From a bacterium (GTDB lineage Bacteria > Bacteroidota > Bacteroidia > Chitinophagales > JADIYW01), in the NCBI GenBank assembly GCA_037189845.1, contig JBBCIS010000001.1:327654-391653 (forward strand): a stretch of 64,000 nucleotides of DNA, in the 5' to 3' direction. Of the stretch, positions 38,115-46,879 are shown piece after piece. The position numbers were made by a program, and so were the translations under genes. Within the stretch, counting starts at the first letter, position 1, and the number at the start of each line of letters is the position of its first letter. The notes beneath the pieces are model-generated. The model did not search any database and was not told where the DNA came from. It saw only the letters and a list, made by a program, of their open reading frames with translations.

Positions 38115-40013
38115 CTATTTTTTTAAATTAAATGCTTTACTTGCTTTTGACTTTCCATCTTTGAAATAATCAGTTAAAAATTCTCCTATCTCAGGTTCTG
38201 ATTTAAAATCAGATAATCTCGTTGCAACTGCTGGTTCAATATCCGATACACTAATTATTTTAAGAGTTTCCATATAATGATAAACTGTATTTTCTATTTT
38301 ATCTTCTGTCATTGCATTGAAAATGTCATACAACCGCTTTTGCTGAGGATTCCTCTTCAAATTTGAAGATAGAAGATTGAAAAACGCATCTTTTTCAATA
38401 TCGCTAAATGGCTGAAACTTTTGAGTAAGTAAAGATTTGGTAACTGTTGCCGTCATATTATTGGGTAATAACTCATTAAACAATGCCCTTACTACTGGTG
38501 GAATCATACTTGTTGCAGTGATAGAATTTTCTAACTTATCACGGGCAATCCAATAATAATCCCGTAAATCAACTCCTGATAACAATGGTTCTATTTGAAA
38601 CCATTTTATTATTTTGGGTTTACTCCATTCTTTGAAATCAGTATCTTTTATTTCCAATAGAACATCCTCAATGCCTTTATCCTTACATATAGATTCTATT
38701 TCTGTTATTTCTTTTGACATTCCGTCTTGGGAAATTTGCCACTCAAATAATTTTTTGAACAGCTTAGGTTCTGAATATTCAAGTATCATCATTTTTGCAA
38801 GAACAGCATCATTAAAACTTTGTAACGAGGCAACTTCGGCAAGTCTTTTTCTAATTGTATAAGTATTTAGAAACCGTTTAATCTGTCGGGGATTTCCATA
38901 CAAACTATTTGTAATTAACGGTACTAATGCAGGAATCGTAATTACATTATCTTTAACTTTTCCAAATTCCTCTGCTTCTAAAATCTTTTCAAAATTTGAT
39001 AATCCAAATGCAGAATATTTATTCGTTAATCTATACTTCTGAAATTCATCAAGCACATTTTCAAATCTGGTATCGCCAACCTCTTTTTTACAGATAAGCA
39101 TTGATATATAAGTTTCAACTTCTGATTCCGAAAGTCTTGGCAAAGAATAAGGAAGCTGAATTAATTTTTCTAAGTAATCAATAACAATCCGGTTGTTATC
39201 TTCTTCGATTTCTTTATTGTTTTTGTATTTATGCTCAATAGCATATTTTACTATTCGAGGGTCTGCTCCAATGATAAATGCTGTTTTTGGCACATTTAGA
39301 AAAAGTTTAATTGCTTCAAGATTCTCAATAATTCTTTCAGGACTACACCTATCTAAATCATCAATAATGACAACTAATCTTTTAAATTTTGTAGCTTCTA
39401 AGAGGTCAGCAAAATCTTTTCTAAATTCCGCTACTGCATTAGTAGAGTTTTTATCCTCTTCTTTACTTTCTTTTACAAATGCTTTAAATATTTCTTGACC
39501 TTCTTCCGATTTTAGCTTTTCTATTATTTTTTCCGGATTATCTCCCCATTCGGTCAGCTTTTGAACTGCAAAAGGAAGTAAGCTAAGACCTCCTGTGAAG
39601 TATGCAGATACAGCGGGTAAGGCAACATTCTTCATAACCATACCTGCACCACGCATCCAATCAATAGCTTTCCAAAGCTTCTTTGCTTTTTCTTTTATAG
39701 AATCCTTTATTTCTGCTGAAACCTTTTTGTTACCCTCCAATTCTTTAAGAATTGAATTTAGCAATGCGGCTTTAGCATCATCATATCCTTCAAAAGTCCA
39801 TCCATTGAAATATATACAAAGAGAATCCTTATCATCCTCTTTGTCAAATTCTTCTTTTACTATTTGCAGGATACTGGATTTTCCACTTCCCCAATCACCA
39901 AAAACGCCTATTGTAATCGGCAAAACCGATTCATCTTTGATAATATTGATTAATAAATCTGCGTGTACTTTAAATCCCAATAGGTCTTCTGATGTTTCAT
40001 TATCTGCCCACAT
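38115..40013 (-). CDS. qatA: KAP-family P-loop NTPase (QatA-like)
   Basis: 632 aa with DLLGFKVHADLLINII, Walker A GVFGDWGSGKSS and VVIIDDLDRCSPERIIENLEAIKLFL, the hallmark KAP NTPase motifs. Confidence 0.88.
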   Translation of the reverse strand: MWADNETSEDLLGFKVHADLLINIIKDESVLPITIGVFGDWGSGKSSILQIVKEEFDKEDDKDSLCIYFNGWTFEGYDDAKAALLNSILKELEGNKKVSAEIKDSIKEKAKKLWKAIDWMRGAGMVMKNVALPAVSAYFTGGLSLLPFAVQKLTEWGDNPEKIIEKLKSEEGQEIFKAFVKESKEEDKNSTNAVAEFRKDFADLLEATKFKRLVVIIDDLDRCSPERIIENLEAIKLFLNVPKTAFIIGADPRIVKYAIEHKYKNNKEIEEDNNRIVIDYLEKLIQLPYSLPRLSESEVETYISMLICKKEVGDTRFENVLDEFQKYRLTNKYSAFGLSNFEKILEAEEFGKVKDNVITIPALVPLITNSLYGNPRQIKRFLNTYTIRKRLAEVASLQSFNDAVLAKMMILEYSEPKLFKKLFEWQISQDGMSKEITEIESICKDKGIEDVLLEIKDTDFKEWSKPKIIKWFQIEPLLSGVDLRDYYWIARDKLENSITATSMIPPVVRALFNELLPNNMTATVTKSLLTQKFQPFSDIEKDAFFNLLSSNLKRNPQQKRLYDIFNAMTEDKIENTVYHYMETLKIISVSDIEPAVATRLSDFKSEPEIGEFLTDYFKDGKSKASKAFNLKK

Positions 40014-40244
40014 ATTTATGAATATATTATAAATATAGTATTTTTGGTTTATTGATTAAAATGGATATGACTATAAACTTGATATTCGTTATTATTGCTT
40101 TTATATCATTTTAGGAAGCCAAGAATACTTTATTCAGTTTTTTGAATAGACTCATTAATAATAAAGCTTTTAAAATTATTTATTTATAAATAATTATATA
40201 TAATTTAATAATCGCTGTCGCTCATTTGTATTATCACAAGCCCA

Positions 40245-40730
40245 TCACATTTCTTTCAATACTGCAGCAAATTGAGAGAGTATATAATTCGTAAAAGCGA
40301 TCTGGGTTTGAAGAGGATTTTTACCGGTGATAGAAGTGTAGTCTGTCCGGATGATTTTGCCCCGGAAAGCAAACGAATAATAGATGTGAGGAATAGTAAT
40401 GTTTAAAGGCGGATAAGGTGCTGCATATCCCGTTACACTGACACCCCAATCGCTTGCAAACAGAGAGATTGCTCCCAGTGCCATTTGTCCGGCAACTGTT
40501 GGAGAGACGCAGTTGCATTGTAAAGCATGAATCGGATTGACGGAGAGATGCCGTGTTTTCTGACCGAGATTGTAAGCAGTGATTCCTCCCTGAAAAAACA
40601 ACATGGCATCCTCCGCCTGAGAGAATGCCGCCTGCAGATGTCCTGAAGTGACACTCTCAGCCACTGCAACAGTTTGTGAGGACTGCAGCAGATGTTCTTT
40701 GATGATATCGATTTGTTCAGAAAAATACAT
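40245..40730 (-). CDS. CinA-family C-terminal domain protein (nicotinamide-nucleotide amidohydrolase PncC-like)
   Basis: 161 aa with TVAVAESVTSGHL (AESxTGG-type motif) and VSVTGYAAP. Confidence 0.8.
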   Translation of the reverse strand: MYFSEQIDIIKEHLLQSSQTVAVAESVTSGHLQAAFSQAEDAMLFFQGGITAYNLGQKTRHLSVNPIHALQCNCVSPTVAGQMALGAISLFASDWGVSVTGYAAPYPPLNITIPHIYYSFAFRGKIIRTDYTSITGKNPLQTQIAFTNYILSQFAAVLKEM

Positions 40731-40908
40731 GATCAGTAAAATAATGATAAAATTCTCATTCTGTCAATCACATTCAGGAGACGTCCGGAGAAAGAATCTT
40801 TTGAGTTGCAAGAGGCTCAGGACATTATTAGCTGAATGCCCCCTATAGACAAATTGCAGATAATGCTATAAATTAAATTCATAGGTCGTCGTCTTCGGGT
40901 CAATAGGT

Positions 40909-41640
40909 ATGAATGACAGGAGAGATGATTGTATAGTTATAAAGCCCAAAAATTTGGTGATGGATTTTGTTAAAATGATGTCAGAAGGAGCAGAGCTGGA
41001 CTTTGCTATTGAAATAGTCGGCAGGACCGTCTTTATGTTCCTGCTCATATTGTTTATCCTGCGTCTGTCGGGCAGGCGGGGAGTGAGGCAACTTACTTTA
41101 TTTGAAGTAGCTATTATATTAGGACTCGGCTCTGCGGCAGGAGACCCGATGTTTCAGGAGGATATACCCATACTGTATGGGATTATTGTTCTTTCGTCCG
41201 TGATTATCTTATACAAATTCATCACTTTTCTTTCTTCCAGGTTTTTGCTGTTCAATCGCTTAATGGAAGGCAAAGAAATGATTGTTGTTCAGGAAGGAAA
41301 GTTCAGTCTGGAAGGAAATAAGAAAATGGATTTTTCCCAGCGGGAGTTTTTTGCAGAACTGCGCAACAAGGGAATAGAACATCTGGGACAGGTGCGCATG
41401 GGAGTGCTGGAAATAGACGGAAGCTTAAGCGTACTGTTTTATGATAAGGAACATATTCGTTACGGATTGCCGCTTTTCCCGTTAGACTATGTAAAAGTCA
41501 ATACCGGTGATTTCACAGGACCTTTCGCGTGTATGTATTGCGGGCTGGTCGTCGAAAATGTAAATACAGATGCTCCTCAGTGTCCGTACTGTGGAAAAGA
41601 AGAATGGACAAAAGCGATTAATACTCCTTTAGTGAGTTGA
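40909..41640 (+). CDS. DUF421 (YetF-like) membrane protein with C-terminal zinc-ribbon
   Basis: RLSGRRGVRQLTLFEVAIILGLGSAAGDPMF is the typical DUF421 core, and the C-terminus carries CMYCG...CPYCG. The real start is probably an internal Met (about 40960). Confidence 0.7.
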   Translation: MNDRRDDCIVIKPKNLVMDFVKMMSEGAELDFAIEIVGRTVFMFLLILFILRLSGRRGVRQLTLFEVAIILGLGSAAGDPMFQEDIPILYGIIVLSSVIILYKFITFLSSRFLLFNRLMEGKEMIVVQEGKFSLEGNKKMDFSQREFFAELRNKGIEHLGQVRMGVLEIDGSLSVLFYDKEHIRYGLPLFPLDYVKVNTGDFTGPFACMYCGLVVENVNTDAPQCPYCGKEEWTKAINTPLVS

Positions 41641-41655
41641 GGGGGCGATAGGTTT

Positions 41656-41765
41656 GCACTCAGGCTTCGCTCAGTAGCCACAGTATCGGTTGAGAACAAT
41701 TTAAGTTGTAGAAAATCCGGTGTATAGTTGCTACGGTGGTTTGAGCGTAGTCGAAATCATCAGAG
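41656..41765 (+). repeat. intergenic repeat family S, full copy 1
   Basis: gcactcaggcttcgctcagtagcca...atttaagttgtagaaaatccggtgtatagttgctacggtggtttgagcgtagtcgaaatcat. Confidence 0.7.
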
Positions 41766-41875
41766 TCTTTTGTCTTACTTTTTCTAAAAGGATAGCTGGT
41801 TTTCATTGACATCTATCTGGTGATACTTTCTACGAATTGACAATTTGCAGTGTACTACAACTGTCTGCACTTCGG

Positions 41876-41970
41876 CTTCACTCAGTGACCTTGAAATAAT
41901 TTAAGTCATAGAAAATCCGGTATATAATTGCCAGGTGGTTGAGCGTAGTCGAAACCATTGGATCATTCCT
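41876..41970 (+). repeat. intergenic repeat family S, full copy 2
   Basis: gcacttcggcttcactcagtgacc...atttaagtcatagaaaatccggtatataattgccaggtggttgagcgtagtcgaaaccatt is colinear with copy 1. Confidence 0.7.
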
Positions 41971-41994
41971 TTTTCTAAGCTTCTACCGGACTCA

Positions 41995-42846
41995 TCAGGA
42001 TACTATCTCACCGCCATTGGGGTGTAAGACCTGTCCCGTCATATAGCTGTTTTCTTCCAATACCAGGAACAGGTAAGAAGGAGCCACCTCGACAGGCTGG
42101 CCGGGGCGACCCAGCTTCGTATCTTTCCCGAATTCAGATACATGCTTTGCATCAAATGAGCCGTCAATCAATGGTGTAATGATAGGTCCCGGAGCTACAG
42201 CGTTTACCCGTATCTGCTTTTTGGCCAGCTGCATGGCCATTGATCTCGTAAATCCTATGATCGCAGCTTTGGTAGCTGCATAATCCACCAGGTGCTCACT
42301 GCCTCTGAATGCCGTGACAGATGAGGTATTGATAATACAGCTGCCTTTTTTCATATGAGGGAGAGCTGCCTGCGTTAAGTAAAACATGCCGAAAACGTTG
42401 ACCGAAAATGTTTGAAGCAGCTGCTTTTCAGAGATGTTACAAATATCATCCTGCGGATACTGTACGCTGGCATTATTCACCAGGATATCAATACGGCCAA
42501 ACTCTTTTATTGTGCTGCTGACTATCTTTTTGCAAAAATCAGCAGAACGAATATCTCCTTTCAGCGCGATACCTGCAGAGCCACAGCTTTGTACCTGTTC
42601 CAGCGTATATTGAGCATCTTCATCTTCATTATAGTAAACGATAACGCTTTTAATGCCGTACTGTGCATACAGAATTGCTACAGCCTGACCGATACCGCTG
42701 TCTCCTCCTGTGATGATGGCTACCTTGTTCTTTAGTTTTGAGCCCGGGAGATGCTTATCTTTAGGGTGTGTAACAGGTTGATTGTCCATTTCCTGAGTAA
42801 GTGCGGGCTGTTCTTCCAGTTTGCTATTTTGAGAATAATTTTTCAT
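41995..42846 (-). CDS. SDR-family oxidoreductase, YghA/YhdF general-stress type
   Basis: Start at MKNYSQNS. An N-terminal hydrophilic leader is followed by KVAIITGGDSGIG, NNAS and YAATKAA. The overall pattern resembles the YghA/GS39 subgroup. Confidence 0.85.
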   Translation of the reverse strand: MKNYSQNSKLEEQPALTQEMDNQPVTHPKDKHLPGSKLKNKVAIITGGDSGIGQAVAILYAQYGIKSVIVYYNEDEDAQYTLEQVQSCGSAGIALKGDIRSADFCKKIVSSTIKEFGRIDILVNNASVQYPQDDICNISEKQLLQTFSVNVFGMFYLTQAALPHMKKGSCIINTSSVTAFRGSEHLVDYAATKAAIIGFTRSMAMQLAKKQIRVNAVAPGPIITPLIDGSFDAKHVSEFGKDTKLGRPGQPVEVAPSYLFLVLEENSYMTGQVLHPNGGEIVS

Positions 42847-43246
42847 CAGCTTAATTTTTATGATTTTCCGGAATATGCAAGAGACCACCCGTTGTTGTTC
42901 TTCCAGGTAATAATTAAACTTTTGCTCTCAGAAATCAGATTTCCGAAAGCAAAAGCTTAACAAGAAGCAATGTGTGATTAAATAATATCAGACATCACGA
43001 AATCAGATCCTTGCTCTAAAAAGAACGTAAGTATGCGTTTCAGGTTACCGGACTTATGATGGATATTATAGTTGATGATGAGATGCCGGTGCTAACCGAT
43101 ATTTGCATGTTCTGATTTCTGACTGCCAGATTTCCTCCGGAATATGTAGTTGTGGATACACCCGGAAGGAGCATTAACCGTAGATTCTGCGACATATAAA
43201 ATTCTGATACGAGGCAATCGCCTGAGAAAGATGCTTAGCTTCCCAC

Positions 43247-43465
43247 TTAATTATCTGTTTCATACTCTTTCCTGTCAATATCACGGGACTCTTCGGATTT
43301 ATCCTCATGACGTGGCCCGTTATACAGATCTTCATTGCCTGTTTGTTCTTTGGGATCATTAGGTACTTCTTGCTCATGTTGCTTATCCTTTGGCTGCTCC
43401 TCTGCTGGTATAGGATTAATAGGGTAATCCGGATCTATTGGTTTTTTGTTTTCTGGATTTGACAT
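43247..43465 (-). CDS. small highly hydrophilic protein (possible stress protein)
   Basis: 72 aa, rich in P/E/D/K/N with no hydrophobic core. It is supported only by ORF length, context and composition. Confidence 0.35.
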   Translation of the reverse strand: MSNPENKKPIDPDYPINPIPAEEQPKDKQHEQEVPNDPKEQTGNEDLYNGPRHEDKSEESRDIDRKEYETDN

Positions 43466-43890
43466 ACAGTTAAATTTTTGTAGTGAATAATAAACAATAA
43501 AGCAGATTCAATTCTCAGGCCAGAGAAGAGATGTTAAATAATAAATTTGTAAATGTTTTATATTGTGTTATTTATGATTTAATCTTATTTATGTTTCAGT
43601 TGAAATTTATTTAAAGTGTGTATAATTGTTCATTTTTTGGGTAAAAAAATCCCCTTTTGTTCTATATATGTGAAAAATCCCTGAATTTTTGTTAAATTAT
43701 AAAAGTATAGAGATAGATATTTTTATTAGCTATTTATAATCAGTCTATATTGTGAGAGATTAGTCTAAATATGCTATAATCCTGCTTTTTTTTAAATGTT
43801 AATAATTGACTTATACAGTCCGGAGTTCCCTTAAAGCTTAACTTTCAATCTTATTTTTACGTTAACTTACTACACTAATGATATGTAAGT

Positions 43891-45285
43891 ATGGATATTT
43901 TATTACTGAGTGGTGACGCACTGCTAAGCAAAATTTTTGTTTCCAGGGCAAAAATGATGTCAATGAAAGTAGAGATAAGTGAGGAAATTACTTCGGGATT
44001 AGAAAATATTCGAAAAGGTTTATACAAGGCAGTAGTTGCCACTATCTCTATGCATTCAGAATTCTGTCCTCAGAAAATGATTAAAAAAGTGCAGGAAATG
44101 AATCCTTATCTTCCTGTTTTTTTTCTGTTGGATCAGCAGGATTTTTCTCAGGTGATTAAATTAACCAAGCTGGGTGCGGAATATTGTTTTTCCAAGCCAT
44201 TTGTCATCGAAAATGTTCTGGAAAATATAGAACGGACCCTAAATAATTTACCTGCCCCTCCTTTAGTGAAGAAGGATGTAGTGCTGGAAAATAGTTCCGG
44301 GTACTTAAATACTAACAGCATCGCAGCTCACGTATTATCTCATCAGATAGACCTGGTGGCAGATACAAATTTTAAAGTAATTATCTATGGGGAAACCGGT
44401 ACCGGTAAAGAATCTGTGGCGCGAAGATTAAGCAGCGGTATATATAAGGACAAGCCTTTTATTGCAGTCGATTGCGGATGCTTAAGTAAGGAGCTGGCAG
44501 CCAGTGAATTGTTTGGCCATAAAAAAGGCAGCTTCAGCGGAGCTTATGAGGACAAGACCGGAGCATTTGAAGCAGCCAATAACGGTACCATTTTTTTAGA
44601 TGAAATCGGGAATCTGGATTATTCGGTGCAGATATTACTTTTGCGCGCTATACAGGAAATGAAAATAAAAAAAATCGGCTGCAATAAAGAAATTGATATA
44701 AATGTAAGAATTATAGTAGCTTCCAATGAACGTTTAACCGACGCGATACAGGCAGGTAAGTTCAGAGAAGATCTATTTTATCGATTAAATGAATTTGAAA
44801 TCAGTATTCCTTCCTTGCGGGAACGTGTGGATGATCTGGAAAGTTTTATAGATTTCTTTATTGAAGGAGCCAATCATGATCTGAATAAGCGAATTACAGG
44901 CGTAGAACCGGCATTGCTTGCAAAAATGCAGCATTACGACTGGCCCGGAAATATCAGAGAGCTCAAGAATGTAATAAGGCGGGGGTGCCTGATCGCAGAT
45001 ACCATCATCACCGAAGATTGTATGTCATCCGAATTTATAGCCAAGCTTTCAGATTATAAGTTTAAAGCTGAATATGCAAAAGAGCTGGCTCCGGAATTAT
45101 TGCTGAAAGATGACCTGAAGTATAAAAGCATCCAGGCCGAATATGAAGAGATCGTGAAAATTCTTAAAGAGGAAAATTATAATAAATCCCGGACAGCCCA
45201 ACGATTAAATATCAATAGAAAAACGCTCTACAATAAAATCAAAATTTTCAGAGATATTGCCATCAATAACAACTTAAAAAACTAA
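43891..45285 (+). CDS. sigma-54-dependent transcriptional activator (bEBP) with degenerate receiver domain
   Basis: AAA+ domain (GETGTGKE, ELFGHKKGSFSGA as the GAFTGA variant, FLDEIG, RELKN) and a C-terminal Fis-type HTH (RTAQRLNINRKTLYNKIK). In the N-terminal receiver-like fold the phospho-acceptor position reads VVATISM (no Asp). Confidence 0.88.
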   Translation: MDILLLSGDALLSKIFVSRAKMMSMKVEISEEITSGLENIRKGLYKAVVATISMHSEFCPQKMIKKVQEMNPYLPVFFLLDQQDFSQVIKLTKLGAEYCFSKPFVIENVLENIERTLNNLPAPPLVKKDVVLENSSGYLNTNSIAAHVLSHQIDLVADTNFKVIIYGETGTGKESVARRLSSGIYKDKPFIAVDCGCLSKELAASELFGHKKGSFSGAYEDKTGAFEAANNGTIFLDEIGNLDYSVQILLLRAIQEMKIKKIGCNKEIDINVRIIVASNERLTDAIQAGKFREDLFYRLNEFEISIPSLRERVDDLESFIDFFIEGANHDLNKRITGVEPALLAKMQHYDWPGNIRELKNVIRRGCLIADTIITEDCMSSEFIAKLSDYKFKAEYAKELAPELLLKDDLKYKSIQAEYEEIVKILKEENYNKSRTAQRLNINRKTLYNKIKIFRDIAINNNLKN

Positions 45286-45432
45286 GTAATTAATTTTCTC
45301 ACCTTTATAGCAGTTTATCTTATGTAATCGCCTGTAAGGTTTCAATTTCATAGTGCAATTTGTCATCCTGCTCTTTACCGGAGAGTAAGGATTTAAACAG
45401 GAAAAGAATATAGCTTAAAGCAAGCTATACAT

Positions 45433-45485
45433 AAAATACAGAGAGCGTCTTTACAACATTGTTGTAAAGACGCTCTCTGTATTTT
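45433..45485. terminator. 25-bp perfect inverted repeat (bidirectional terminator-like hairpin)
   Basis: The arms aaaatacagagagcgtctttacaac (45433..45457) and gttgtaaagacgctctctgtatttt (45461..45485) flank a 3-nt spacer, with an A-run on the left and a T-run on the right. Confidence 0.7.
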
Positions 45486-45842
45486 TCAGATAAAGTATGT
45501 AAAATACTTTGATGGTTTCGACTAAGCTTAATTACCAGATAAAACGATACCTGTTTTTCGGTGATCTACATTTTTGTCAATAGCTAAAGCCCATTTCATT
45601 TTAAATGGAATAGCTTCAGGCATCCTTCACTGGATATTACAATAAAAAACAACCCGGGAATGTGTGGTCATCTCAATTCAAACAGAGTTGGGTAAGTGGG
45701 AAAAATAAGCAACATGTTGAGCAAATAGTTTTACAATTTTTATAAAAAAATATGTTGTAATTTATTGATAATCATATTGTTGATTGTTTGGCATGCAAAA
45801 TGGCTTATTGTCCTATATTATTAAACCATAAATTTTTTACTT

Positions 45843-46751
45843 ATGAAAAGAGGCACATCCCGTTCCGGTAACAGGAACAGTTCCAGCAACAATCAGTCTT
45901 CTTCAAGAAGCAGCCATTCAGGTTATAGCAATCGCTCTCACAATGACCATGATAATGATGATGAAGATTATGAAGATTATGAATCTGCATATGAAGAAGG
46001 TTATCAGCATGGGTATGAAGATGCCATGAATGAAGAAGATTATGATGATGACTATGAAGATGATGATTTTGATGATGATGACGATTATGATGATTATGAC
46101 GAGGATGAAGATGATGATTTTGATGATGATGGCGAGGATGATGATGAAGATGACGACGACGATGATGATGATCGTGACAGCGATGGACGCGGTCGCTCAG
46201 GAAGAGGGGGAAGCGGGCGTTCCGGTTCCGGTCGCAGCAGTTCAGGAAGAAGCACATCAGGCAATCGTTCCAGCAGCTCAAATGTAGGACGTTCCGGTAG
46301 TTCCCGAAGCAGTTCCGGCTCAGGAAGCAGTTCAGGAAGAGGACGTTCCGGTAGTTCCCGAAGCAGTTCCGGCTCAGGAAGCAGTTCAGGAAGAGGGCGC
46401 TCCGGTAGCTCTGGTAGCCGTTCCGGTTCAGGCAGCACAGGAAGAGGTGGATCCGGTACCGGCAGTCGCTCAAACTCCGGAGGAAGTCGTTCCGGAAGCA
46501 GCAGCAGTTCAGGAAGAAGCTCATCAAGCAATCGTTCAGGTTCACAAAGCTCAACATCAGGCAGCAGAGGAAGCAGCAGATCCGGGGGTAGATCAAGCAG
46601 TCAATCTTCGGGCAATTCATCAGGTTCAGGTGCATCCAAGAGAGGATTTGCATCTATGTCTAAGGCTCAAAGAACGAAAATAGCACGCATGGGTGGTGAA
46701 GCATCCGGCAAATCCAGATCAAGAGGTGGCTTTGGCAGTAGAAACCGATAA
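45843..46751 (+). CDS. low-complexity stress protein: S/N-rich head, poly-acidic D/E/Y block, S/G/R-rich block, C-terminal KGG-type motif
   Basis: 302 aa. The C-terminus KRGFASMSKAQRTKIARMGGEASGKSRSRGGFG resembles the YciG/Con-10 KGG stress motif. It sits next to a DUF892 gene, as in the E. coli yciGFE arrangement. Confidence 0.7.
   Translation: MKRGTSRSGNRNSSSNNQSSSRSSHSGYSNRSHNDHDNDDEDYEDYESAYEEGYQHGYEDAMNEEDYDDDYEDDDFDDDDDYDDYDEDEDDDFDDDGEDDDEDDDDDDDDRDSDGRGRSGRGGSGRSGSGRSSSGRSTSGNRSSSSNVGRSGSSRSSSGSGSSSGRGRSGSSRSSSGSGSSSGRGRSGSSGSRSGSGSTGRGGSGTGSRSNSGGSRSGSSSSSGRSSSSNRSGSQSSTSGSRGSSRSGGRSSSQSSGNSSGSGASKRGFASMSKAQRTKIARMGGEASGKSRSRGGFGSRNR
46287..46394 (+). repeat. two perfect 54-nt tandem repeats inside the low-complexity CDS (a degenerate third unit follows)
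   Basis: ggacgttccggtagttcccgaagcagttccggctcaggaagcagttcaggaaga occurs at 46287 and again at 46341, encoding GRSGSSRSSSGSGSSSGR twice. Confidence 0.85.
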
Positions 46752-46879
46752 GCGGTTTTTAAGGTTCATAACCAACCGAATGGGCCGTCTCTGAGGCAAA
46801 GTACCTGAAATTCGATGTTCTGAAGGTGCCGATCCTTGAAGACGGCCCCATTAATAAATATCATAAATAATATACCTGT

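Noticed and set aside
40150-40230. AT-only palindromes (for example ttatttataaataa) upstream of the qatA-like gene, as possible att or operator sites.
   Set aside because: Short palindromes are expected by chance in near-pure A/T sequence, and there is no second copy.
45788-45806. Sigma-54 promoter-like sequence TTGGCATGCAAAATGGCTT upstream of the KGG gene, and GGTGCCGATCCTTGAA near 46826 upstream of the DUF892 gene.
   Set aside because: The -24-like part is good, but the -12 GC dinucleotide is displaced by one nucleotide from the canonical TGGCAC-N5-TTGC spacing in both cases. Not reported as a feature and mentioned only as a weak lead.
45841-46653. 270-aa minus-strand ORF (Cys/His/Leu-rich, with HHHRRRHLHHH runs), plus the other-frame ORFs 46030..46287, 46094..46531 and 46447..46683.
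   Set aside because: All lie inside the low-complexity KGG-protein gene. The GAT/GAA and AGC/GGA/CGT repeats remove stop codons in several frames. Only the plus-frame ORF has a recognisable conserved C-terminal motif and sensible genomic context.
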